A DNA stretch of 59,167 nt from Armatimonadota bacterium. GTDB lineage: Bacteria > Armatimonadota > DTGP01 > JAHWJO01. The notes under the pieces are model-generated. The model did not search any database, was not told the origin of the DNA, and saw nothing but the letters and a program-made list of their open reading frames with translations. The stretch is taken from NCBI GenBank assembly GCA_038240635.1, contig JBBRGS010000001.1, positions 1 through 59,167 on the forward strand, read 5' to 3'. The translations under genes and the position numbers were made by a program. This document shows, piece after piece, positions 10,211 through 17,778 of the stretch (position 1 is its first letter; each line of letters opens with the position of its first letter).

Positions 10211-11284
10211 GTGATGGAAGCCGCCCGCCGCAGCGGCCTCAGCCCCCACGTCGTCCGCATGTGGGAACGCCGCTACGGCGCCGTCAACCCGACGCGCACC
10301 GCCACCCATCGGCGAGTCTACTCCCCGGTGGATGTGGAACGGCTGCGGCTCCTCCGCTTGGCCCTGGGGGGGGGGTACTCCATCGGACAGATTGCCCGGT
10401 TGTCAGACGAAAGATTGCTGGAACTCGCGGCGGACGCGACCGGCGAGGAAACCGATTCGGGAGCGGGGGAACGCGCCTCTGCTCGCCCCGACGCGGGCGA
10501 CGACCATGGCGCAAATCAGCCGAACGCCTCCGCGACGGTGGAGGCCCCGACCTCCGCGCCGCATGACGGCCCGCCACCTTTGCGCGTGGGGGAGGGTGTG
10601 CGGGAGCGGCCGGTGGTCGGCCCGGAGCCTTCCACGCCTCATGAGCGGTACGCCGCCGAGGAGTTGCAGGCTCAGGCGCTGGCCGCCGTGCGCGCCCTTG
10701 ATTCGGTCGCCCTGGGCGGGGTGCTGGCGCGGGCGAGCGTCACGCTCAGCCCCGGCGCGGTGATGGAGCAATTCCTCCAGCCGCTGCTCCAGACCATTGG
10801 GGAAGACTGGCGCACGGGCGATCTGCGAGTCATGCACGAGCACTTCGCCACCGCCCTCATCCGGCCGTTCCTCACGCAACTGGGCCGCTTCTCCTCGGCT
10901 CCCGCCGGGGCGCCGGTCCTCACCGTCACCACGCCCGCCGGGCAGTTCCACGAGATGGGCGCGTTGTTCGCAGCGGTCACGGCGGCGTCGGAAGGGTGGC
11001 GGGTGGATTACCTCGGCCCCAACCTTCCGGCGGAGGAGATCGCGGCGGCGGCGCTGGCCCGCAACGCCCGCGCGGTCGCCCTCAGCCTCATCTACCCGTG
11101 CGACGATCTCACACTGATGAACGAACTGCGCGCCCTCCGCCGACTGCTGCCCCCCTCCGTGGCCCTCTTCGTGGGCGGGCAATGCTCCCCGGCGTTCCGG
11201 GACACGCTCGTGGAACTCGGCGCCGAGCCGGTGAACGTTCTCCAGGAGTTCCGCCGCCGCCTGGAACGCCTGCGCGCCTCCTGA
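10211..11284 (+). CDS. MerR-family transcriptional regulator with a C-terminal B12-binding domain (CarH/LitR-like), 357 aa
   Basis: N-terminal MerR HTH (EAARRSGLSPHVVRMWERRYGAV...RVYSPVDVERLRLL). C-terminal Rossmann-like VLTVTTPAGQFHEMGALF...RVDYLGPNLPAEEI matches the B12-binding xHxxG motif. The two are joined by a ~90-aa low-complexity linker. Confidence 0.75.
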   Translation: MMEAARRSGLSPHVVRMWERRYGAVNPTRTATHRRVYSPVDVERLRLLRLALGGGYSIGQIARLSDERLLELAADATGEETDSGAGERASARPDAGDDHGANQPNASATVEAPTSAPHDGPPPLRVGEGVRERPVVGPEPSTPHERYAAEELQAQALAAVRALDSVALGGVLARASVTLSPGAVMEQFLQPLLQTIGEDWRTGDLRVMHEHFATALIRPFLTQLGRFSSAPAGAPVLTVTTPAGQFHEMGALFAAVTAASEGWRVDYLGPNLPAEEIAAAALARNARAVALSLIYPCDDLTLMNELRALRRLLPPSVALFVGGQCSPAFRDTLVELGAEPVNVLQEFRRRLERLRAS

Positions 11285-11297
11285 TCACCTTCCAGAG

Positions 11298-11342
11298 CCA
11301 AAAAAGCGCCCGAACCCCTTGTTGCGAAGGGTTCGGGCGCCG
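11298..11342 (-). terminator. Intrinsic terminator downstream of the GGTT-repeat lipoprotein gene
   Basis: 14-15 bp GC-rich stem gcgcccgaacccctt (11306-11320) / aagggttcgggcgc (11327-11340). The A-run at 11300-11305 gives a T-tract after the hairpin on the minus strand. Confidence 0.6.
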
Positions 11343-11382
11343 GGTTATCGGGTGGCTTTGCAGGCCCTGACGGGTAAGCCGC

Positions 11383-12609
11383 CTACAGGTTGTGAACCGT
11401 GATCGTGCCCCGCATGGAGACCGGGTCCATCGTGAAGGTTCCGGTGGCGCCGCCATTGGAGTCGGGGGTCGGCTCCATCGTCGCTTTGCTGATGAGGATT
11501 TGGGCGGAGTCGCCGGCCAGCCCCTTGATGGTCACGTCGCCACTCGTCGCAATCCAGAGCCGTTGTGTGGTCGTGCCGCCGGAGACCGTGGCTTCAATGT
11601 AATTAACGATGGCCGAGTTGAGGCTCCCATCGTTGATGTGGAAGGTCTGGCCCACGACCAGGGGGGCGCCGAAGGAGACCAGCGACACCGAGATGGCGCG
11701 GGTGCGGTTGACATTGCCCGGACACTGCGCCCCCACCAGGGTGAGGTCGTAGAGGCCGACGCTGGGTCGGTTGTTCAGGCCACCGGCCACAGTATCGGAG
11801 CTGAAGTAGGAGGTGTCGGCGTTGGTTCCGGCGGGGGAGCCGAAGACCGCTTCCAGGAGACCGCCGCCGCACGCGACAGGAAGCGTGGTGCCGCCGGTCG
11901 TTCCACCTGTGGTGCCGCCGGTCGTTCCGCCTGTAGTGCCGCCTGTGGTTCCACCCGTCGTTCCACCCGTCGTTCCACCCGTCGTGCCGCCTGTGGTTCC
12001 GCCTGTGGTTCCACCCGTCGTGCCGCCTGTGGTTCCACCCGTCGTTCCACCGGTCGTTCCGCCGGTCGTTCCGCCGGTCGTTCCGCCTGTGGTGCCGCCG
12101 GTGACATTGGTAACGCCGGAGGTCAGAGAGCCGGTGTAGGTCTCAGAGCCGTAATGCATCGTGTACGCGCCGCCGCCGGACGCTCCGGGCAGCGTTCCCG
12201 TGATGCTCACCGGAATCTCCGTACCGAGGATGTTGACCGACCCCGACACACTGTAGGCGCCGTTGCTCACGGTGACGCTTCCGGCCAGCGCTCCCACGCC
12301 GAGGGCGACACTTCCCGACTGCTGCGGCCGAGCCGAGAGCGCGCGCGACGCCACGGAGGCCTCGATGGCGTCGGTTCCCGTTACGGTCAGCGTTCCGGCC
12401 ATCTGGTTGCCCAGGGCGTTCAGGTTGAGGATGGCCGTGCGTCCGCCGTTCAGGGAGGCGGAGCCCGTGTAGCGCCCGTTGGTGTTGCGGGAGAGGGTGG
12501 GCGCGGGCACATCATTGCCGCCGCCGCAGCCAGGGAGCAGCGCGACCAATGGAACAGCGCACAGGAGGAGAAGCGATGCCGCCCGAAGTTTCGACCCAAA
12601 ACGTTGCAT
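11383..12609 (-). CDS. Lipoprotein with a central (GGTT)n repeat, 408 aa, function unknown
   Basis: ORF track. Signal peptide plus lipobox LLPGC. About 19 consecutive GGTT tetrapeptides. Flanking Gly/Ser/Thr-rich beta-type sequence. Confidence 0.7.
   Translation of the reverse strand: MQRFGSKLRAASLLLLCAVPLVALLPGCGGGNDVPAPTLSRNTNGRYTGSASLNGGRTAILNLNALGNQMAGTLTVTGTDAIEASVASRALSARPQQSGSVALGVGALAGSVTVSNGAYSVSGSVNILGTEIPVSITGTLPGASGGGAYTMHYGSETYTGSLTSGVTNVTGGTTGGTTGGTTGGTTGGTTGGTTGGTTGGTTGGTTGGTTGGTTGGTTGGTTGGTTGGTTGGTTGGTTGGTTLPVACGGGLLEAVFGSPAGTNADTSYFSSDTVAGGLNNRPSVGLYDLTLVGAQCPGNVNRTRAISVSLVSFGAPLVVGQTFHINDGSLNSAIVNYIEATVSGGTTTQRLWIATSGDVTIKGLAGDSAQILISKATMEPTPDSNGGATGTFTMDPVSMRGTITVHNL
11894..12103 (-). 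repeat. 12-bp coding tandem repeat (about 17-19 units) encoding GGTT
   Basis: The units ggtgccgccggt / cgttccacc(t/c)gt alternate throughout the interval. The VVPP repeat ORF on the plus strand is its antisense image. Confidence 0.9.
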
Positions 12610-12846
12610 GAAGTCCCTTTCAATGGGAGTGGAGCGAGGTTTTCTGTCGGATCAGGAGCGGTCGGCGTTCATGCCAACGCGCACCTCATTCCGACAGGGG
12701 TGGAGGGAACGACGGAAACCACACTGAAGAAGCCCCCGACTTTTCAGTGTGGCGCCGCCCCTCCCCCGGAGTGGATCGGCTGGCCCCATTGCGGGAAGGC
12801 GACGGGGGCGTTCCGAGTTTGACAGGTAGGACAGGTAGGACAGGCG

Positions 12847-13411
12847 CTACTGGCCGGAGGTGATCTCCCGGATCAGGCCGCTGGCGGAGAGCGTGAACCC
12901 GCCCGTCGCATCGTTGCGCAGCACAGGATCGGGCGCGACCGGGGCCATCGCGGCGCCGTCCACGCGGAACCGAATCTCTTTCTGCGCGTCGCCGTCGGAA
13001 ACGATGTCCAGGCAGACCGTGCCGCTGTTGGAGACCCGGCGCCTCTCTTCGCTCTCGCCGCCGGAGTCGCCGAAGCCTGAGCCGCCGGACCGAGGATCGT
13101 AAGCCGGCCGCTCCCCTGCCCGTCGGCGAGGACGGTTAAATTCAGCACGGCGACGCGCCCGTTGTTCAGCGCGATGGAACCGGGGTAGCGGTCCGCGCGG
13201 AGTGGAGAGGCGCTCGGCAGCAGAGTTGTCGGAGCCACCCCCGCATCCCGGCAGCAGAGTTGTCGGAGCCACCCCCGTATCCCGGCAGCAGAGTGACGAG
13301 AGGGAGAACGCACAACGCGATCCGCGCGTTCTTCCCCAAAAGTCTCGTTTTCCTTCGCTGGACACTCCTGGCTGCCGAAGTATCCTTTCGGCGAACAGGC
13401 GACTCCTCCAT
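12847..13411 (-). pseudogene. Frameshifted paralog of the adjacent lipoprotein gene
   Basis: The lipoprotein-like reading is split over three frames: ...RIALCVLPLVTLLPGYGGGSDNSAA; TTLLPGCGGGSDNSAAERLS...; RYPGSIALNNGRVAVLNLTVLADGQGSGRLTILG. These parallel LLPGCGGGNDV...GGRTAILNLNALGNQMAGTLTV of 11383..12609. A 34-bp tandem duplication lies in the signal-peptide region. Confidence 0.65.
13215..13296. repeat. 34-bp tandem duplication (2.4 copies) inside the lipoprotein pseudogene
   Basis: cggcagcagagttgtcggagccacccccg(c/t)atcc starts at 13215 and 13249, with a partial copy at 13283. The period is not a multiple of 3. Confidence 0.85.
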
Positions 13412-13543
13412 GGCGGAGACGCGGCACAATGCAGGCAGTGTAGCCAAACCGGAGAAGGTTAGCAAGGGACTTCTCAAACGTCTAACCGTTAACTCCGGGG
13501 ATTCAGGGGACTCCGGGGACTCAGGGGGAGCGCCCAGAGATTC

Positions 13544-13712
13544 GGGCGGTTGAAACCGCTGCAACAGACACACAAAGGCGGCCTTCGCCGACTCCCTTCC
13601 CGTCGGAGACCTCCGCGAACGAGCGAACCCTCAACCAGCAACCCGACAAAGAGCGTCCCCCGAACCCGCGCAGGCGGGTTTCGTGTGGGTGTTGCAGCGG
13701 TTTCAACCGCCC
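13544..13712. mobile_element. MITE-like element, copy 1 (169 bp) with ~30-bp terminal inverted repeats
   Basis: Left TIR gggcggttgaaaccgctgcaacagacacac; right TIR gtgtgggtgttgcagcggtttcaaccgccc. Internal hairpins cggccttcgccg and aacccgcgcaggcgggtt. Related copies at 20755 and 26141. Confidence 0.8.
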
Positions 13713-13775
13713 GTCTCCACGCATCCCCGCGCCCTTACCGACGCTCAACACTCAGACACGGAGGTTCTGTTGAAC

Positions 13776-15032
13776 ATGAAAATCATCCCATCCCTGAACA
13801 TGAAGATTATCTCTTCCCTGCTTGTTCCCGCTCTGCTCCTCGCGCTGGGCGCCCCTCCGGCCCTCGCGCGCTACACCGATAAGGCTCTCGCGGCGACGGA
13901 GTACATCCAGCGCGCGTTCTACGATGAGAAAGCCGGCCTCTATCGAGGGAGCGCCCCGCAGGACCCCAAATCCCTGCCTTACGACGTGATGTGGGCGAAC
14001 GGCGTGCAGTTCTCGGTTCTGGTCAGCGCTACCAAAAACCGTCCCGAACTCTACCGTCCCGTCCTGGATGCGTTTACCAAAGGATTGAAAAAGTACTGGG
14101 ACGAACAGTCTCCCATCCCCGGCTTTGACGCCTGGTTTTCGTCCCCCAATGACGACGATAAGTATTACGACGACAACGCCTGGCTGGTCCTGGGCTTTGT
14201 GGAAGCGTACCACGTGACGGGGGAGCGGTCGTATCTGGAGTGGGCGCGCCGCACGCAACAGTTTGTGCTAAGCGGCTGGGACGAGAAACTGGGCGGCGGC
14301 ATCTACTGGTATCAGAAGACGCGCAACAGCAAGAACACCTGCTCGAACGCTCCCACCGCCGCGGCGGCTGTCGAACTGTATCTATCCGACAAACAACCTG
14401 AGGACCTGAAAAACGCACGGGACATCTACGACTGGACGCGCCGCACCCTGCAGGACACCGATGGCCTCTTCTGGGACAATATCAATCTGGATGGGCGGAT
14501 TGGAAAGCAGAAGTTCACGTACAACACGGCGCTGATGATTCGGTCCGGCGTGGGCCTGTGGCGAGCGACCCATGAGGCCCCGTATCTACGCGAAGCGCGC
14601 CGGGAAGCCGATGCGGCGTTGAAGCGGTGGGCGGACCCCCAAACCGGGGCGTTCGCCGATTCGGCCCGCTTCAATCATCTGCTGAGCGAGTCGCTGCTGC
14701 TCACGTATGAGGCGACGCATGACGTGAAATACCTCAACGCCGTGCGCCGCAACGCGGACTTTGGGTATCGCTATGTGCGCGACCCGGAGAACGGGGGATA
14801 CTGGAGCGCCTGGAGGGTTCAAAATCACTCCTCCGACGAGCGCAAGTCGCTGATTGAGAACGCGTCCGTGGCGCGCCTGCTGTGGCTTCTGGCGCCTTAC
14901 CCCGATCCGGAGGAGTTGCAGGCGCAGTCGAAAACGGCGAATCGGCGTAAGGATACCAAAGGCGCCCTCCAATGGTTGCGCCAGGCGATGGACAGCAGCG
15001 CGGGCGCCCCGCCTCCGGCCCGGACTCCGTGA
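13776..15032 (+). CDS. Secreted GH76-like (alpha-1,6-mannanase family) glycoside hydrolase, 418 aa
   Basis: ATG at 13776 with GGAGG 10 nt upstream, inside ORF 13683..15032. Signal peptide, then YYDDNAWLVLGFVEAY, GGGIYWY and KNTCSNAP motifs typical of GH76. Confidence 0.7.
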   Translation: MKIIPSLNMKIISSLLVPALLLALGAPPALARYTDKALAATEYIQRAFYDEKAGLYRGSAPQDPKSLPYDVMWANGVQFSVLVSATKNRPELYRPVLDAFTKGLKKYWDEQSPIPGFDAWFSSPNDDDKYYDDNAWLVLGFVEAYHVTGERSYLEWARRTQQFVLSGWDEKLGGGIYWYQKTRNSKNTCSNAPTAAAAVELYLSDKQPEDLKNARDIYDWTRRTLQDTDGLFWDNINLDGRIGKQKFTYNTALMIRSGVGLWRATHEAPYLREARREADAALKRWADPQTGAFADSARFNHLLSESLLLTYEATHDVKYLNAVRRNADFGYRYVRDPENGGYWSAWRVQNHSSDERKSLIENASVARLLWLLAPYPDPEELQAQSKTANRRKDTKGALQWLRQAMDSSAGAPPPARTP

Positions 15033-15313
15033 AGCGGTCTCACCGGTTACCGGAGGAGGTGTGGAGGGGACTCAGGGGACTCAGGGTAGGAGTTCCCGCC
15101 GAGCGAGCGGCTTTTATAAAAAATGTAACCCAGGTTGTGATCCTCAGGTTGAAATCAGAAGGAAAGGAACCTCCCGATTGAACCAATCTGACTGCCGCTG
15201 ACTCGTTCTTATCGGGAGGGTCCGACGAAGGCTACCCTTGTCCTGTCGGTCGTCCATTCGCGCGTTGGCCGGAACCATTTCTCCCGGAACCATCTCTCCC
15301 GGAGGCTTCCCGC

Positions 15314-16306
15314 ATGGCTGTGGAACTCCCGCCGTCGCCTTGCCTGCGTCGGCGGCTCGATTGTCTGGCCGCGTTCCACGCCGCCGCGCGGGCGGGGTCG
15401 CTTCAGGGAGGCGCGCGGCGACTGGGGATCAACCGCAACTCGCTCGCGCGGGCGCTGGACGAACTGGACGCCCTCAGCCCCGCGCCGCTTCGCAATCCGG
15501 CCTCCGAGACGCGAGGGCTGGACCTCACCGACGCGGGCCGACGCCTCTACGCCCTGCTGGACCCGCTCTTTCGGCGGCTGGAGGCGGTGTCGGCGCAGCT
15601 GACCGGCGGCCTGCCGGAGCTGCGCCTGGGCTGCCAGAGTTCCACGAGTTCGTATCTGCTGCCCGGCTGGATGCGCGCCTTTGAGGAAGAGTGGCTGCGG
15701 GCGAAATCGGGAGCCGCCGCCGAGCCGCCTCGATTTTCTCTCCGCACCGGCAGCAGCGAGGCGATGGTGGAGGCGCTGCGGGCGCTGGAAGTGGATGTCG
15801 GCATCCTCGCCATCGAGAGCGATCACCCTGTCGTGGAGGACGGCGTGGAATACCTGCCGTTGTTCCGCGAGACTCTGCTGGCGGTCTGCCCGCGTGGGCA
15901 CCCGCTCACCCGCGAGGCGCCGGTCGCGGCGGAGCGGTTTGTGCGTCACCCGCAGTATCTCTATTACGTGGGCGGGGAACGGTATCAGGAGCGAATCAAC
16001 GCGCTGGCGCCGGAGACGGGAGCCAGCCGCCAGATGGAGTTTGACACCATCGCGGCCATCAAGGAGACGGTGCGCGCCGGGCTGGGCGTGAGCGTCATCC
16101 CCGGCGGCGCGGTGCGCGAGGAGGATCGGGACTGGCTGGCGGTGGTCCCGCTGTCGGTTCCGGTGGAGCGTCGGGCGCGCCTCATGCGGGTGATCGCCGC
16201 CGCCACGCGCGCGGGGGACGACCTGACGCCGTTGGCGCGGGAGTTCCTCCGCTTCCTGAATGTTGCCGTCGCCGGCAGGGAGCGGGCGGCTTCCAGCACC
16301 GAGTGA
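15314..16306 (+). CDS. LysR-family transcriptional regulator, 330 aa
   Basis: N-terminal HTH LAAFHAAARAGSLQGGARRLGINRNSLARALDELD plus a LysR substrate-binding domain of the expected length. The longer antisense ORF 15209..16387 has no recognisable features. Confidence 0.85.
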   Translation: MAVELPPSPCLRRRLDCLAAFHAAARAGSLQGGARRLGINRNSLARALDELDALSPAPLRNPASETRGLDLTDAGRRLYALLDPLFRRLEAVSAQLTGGLPELRLGCQSSTSSYLLPGWMRAFEEEWLRAKSGAAAEPPRFSLRTGSSEAMVEALRALEVDVGILAIESDHPVVEDGVEYLPLFRETLLAVCPRGHPLTREAPVAAERFVRHPQYLYYVGGERYQERINALAPETGASRQMEFDTIAAIKETVRAGLGVSVIPGGAVREEDRDWLAVVPLSVPVERRARLMRVIAAATRAGDDLTPLAREFLRFLNVAVAGRERAASSTE

Positions 16307-16403
16307 GGAGGGAGCGTTGGCGCCGCCGGGCCGAGCGGCTGAGCGAATTCGGGGTACAATGAAGTACCCGATAGCGGGTTCCTTCATTCCCCTGGAGAGA
16401 GTG

Positions 16404-16895
16404 ATGAGCGTTCAGGACAGGATGGCCCCCGAAGGGATGATTCCAGCAGGTCGGGAATCACAGATTCAACCGGAGGCGGCGGGTGCGTTTCGCTACCTCT
16501 CGCTGCTCGGCCTGAACGAGACGTTCCAGGCGCAGGCTTATGCTCGCGGCGAGCAGGGGCTGGAGTTCAGCCGCCTGGAAGGGTTACGGGACCGCACGGG
16601 GCTTTCGTTGGAGCGGCTCGCGGAGGCGGCGCGGATTCCTTTGGCGACCGTTCACCGGCGGCGTCGGGAGGGCCACATCCCGCCGTTGGAGGCGGACCGC
16701 CTGCTGCGACTCAGCCGTGTCATTGGCAAGGCCGTGGACCTGTTTGAGGGGGATATGGCGGGAGCGATTCGCTGGCTGTCGTCGCCTCAGAGCGGGCTGG
16801 ATGGAGGGACGCCCCTCGACCTCGCCGGTTCGGACGCGGGGGCGGGGATGGTGGTGAGTCTCATCGAGCGACTGGAAGACGGCGTCTTTACCTGA
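16404..16895 (+). CDS. Xre/MbcA/ParS-like antitoxin (DUF2384), 163 aa
   Basis: ATG at 16404 after GGAGAG, in frame in ORF 16260..16895. C-terminal AIRWLSSPQSGLDGGTPLDLAGSDAGAGMVVSLIERLEDGVF is the DUF2384 signature. TGATG overlap with the RES gene. Confidence 0.8.
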   Translation: MSVQDRMAPEGMIPAGRESQIQPEAAGAFRYLSLLGLNETFQAQAYARGEQGLEFSRLEGLRDRTGLSLERLAEAARIPLATVHRRRREGHIPPLEADRLLRLSRVIGKAVDLFEGDMAGAIRWLSSPQSGLDGGTPLDLAGSDAGAGMVVSLIERLEDGVFT

Positions 16896-17458
16896 TGCCG
16901 AGCGTTTTTCGCATTGTGAAAGCCCGTCGCGCCGCCACCGCGTTCGACGGCGAGGGCGCCTTGCGCTGGGGCGGTCGTTGGAATAGCCCCGGCGTTCGCA
17001 TGATTTACACGGCGAGCAGTCGGGCATTGGCTGCGATGGAGATGCTGGTCCACCTGAACGCTACTGAACTGCTTCTCGCTTACGTCTCGTTCGCCGTTGA
17101 GTTGGAGGATGCCGACGTGATCAGCGTGAGGGACGCTGATCTGCCACCGGACTGGCGGACCCTTGCGGAACATCCGGTCATTCGTCGCATGGGGGACGAT
17201 TGGGCAACAAGCAGGATTTCACTGGCGCTGGCTGTGCCGAGCGCTGTGATCCCGGAAGAGTGGAACTCTCTGATCAACCCCGCCCACCCGCAATTTGCTC
17301 CAGATGCCGTGGGGCCCGCCGTCCCGTTTACCTTCGATCCCCGTTGGCGAAAGGTTGACTCACCCTCCGAGTGGGCGGTAGAGGACGCCGACGCTACTGC
17401 TCGCGCGGGATGTCGATCTGGTCCACCAGCTGGGCGAAGGCGATGTCCTTGTCGGTGA
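16895..17458 (+). CDS. RES-domain toxin (MbcT/ParT-like NAD-targeting family), 187 aa with an unusual C-terminal extension
   Basis: GGRWNSPG, IYTASSRALAAMEMLVH and LAVPSAVIPEE give the R-E-S motif order. The ORF runs ~35 codons past the usual ...FDPRW end and overlaps the convergent phhB by 65 nt. Confidence 0.8.
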   Translation: MPSVFRIVKARRAATAFDGEGALRWGGRWNSPGVRMIYTASSRALAAMEMLVHLNATELLLAYVSFAVELEDADVISVRDADLPPDWRTLAEHPVIRRMGDDWATSRISLALAVPSAVIPEEWNSLINPAHPQFAPDAVGPAVPFTFDPRWRKVDSPSEWAVEDADATARAGCRSGPPAGRRRCPCR

Positions 17459-17687
17459 TGCCGCCTTCGTCGTGGGTGGCGAGGGTGAGCGTGAGCTGCG
17501 TGTAGCTCCAGAAGAACGTGGGGTGATGGTTCACCTTGATGGCGAGATCGGCGACCGCGCGCACGAAGCGGTACGCGTCATCGAAGTTATCGAAGGTGAG
17601 TTGCGCGGCGATCTCGTCGGTGAGGTATTGCCAATGGTTGAGGGTGGCCAGGCGCTCTTCAATTTGAGACGGCGAGAGGACAGGCAT
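17394..17687 (-). CDS. phhB: Pterin-4a-carbinolamine dehydratase, 97 aa
   Basis: ORF track. ...YRFVRAVADLAIKVNHHPTFFWSYTQLTLTLATHD is the PCD/DCoH signature. Confidence 0.85.
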   Translation of the reverse strand: MPVLSPSQIEERLATLNHWQYLTDEIAAQLTFDNFDDAYRFVRAVADLAIKVNHHPTFFWSYTQLTLTLATHDEGGITDKDIAFAQLVDQIDIPREQ

Positions 17688-17778
17688 GCGGTCGGCTCCT
17701 GGGAGAGGGCGCGCTCCGGGCTTCGGGCGCGCGGGTGGCCGCGAATCGTGAGGCGGCGGGGGCGGATCGGCGGAGGCG

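Noticed and set aside
11813-12139. 108-aa ORF with (VVPP)n repeats
   Set aside because: It is the antisense image of the GGTT-coding repeat in the lipoprotein gene, which has a signal peptide, a lipobox and flanking non-repetitive sequence.
13166-13573. ORFs beginning MCLLQRFQPPE... (also the N-terminal part of 19441..20784)
   Set aside because: The shared N-terminus is encoded by the MITE-like terminal repeat. These are read-throughs of repeat DNA, not conserved proteins.
15209-16387. 392-aa ORF antisense to the LysR regulator
   Set aside because: The LysR HTH and effector domain on the plus strand explain the region. The antisense ORF has an Arg/Pro-rich composition only.
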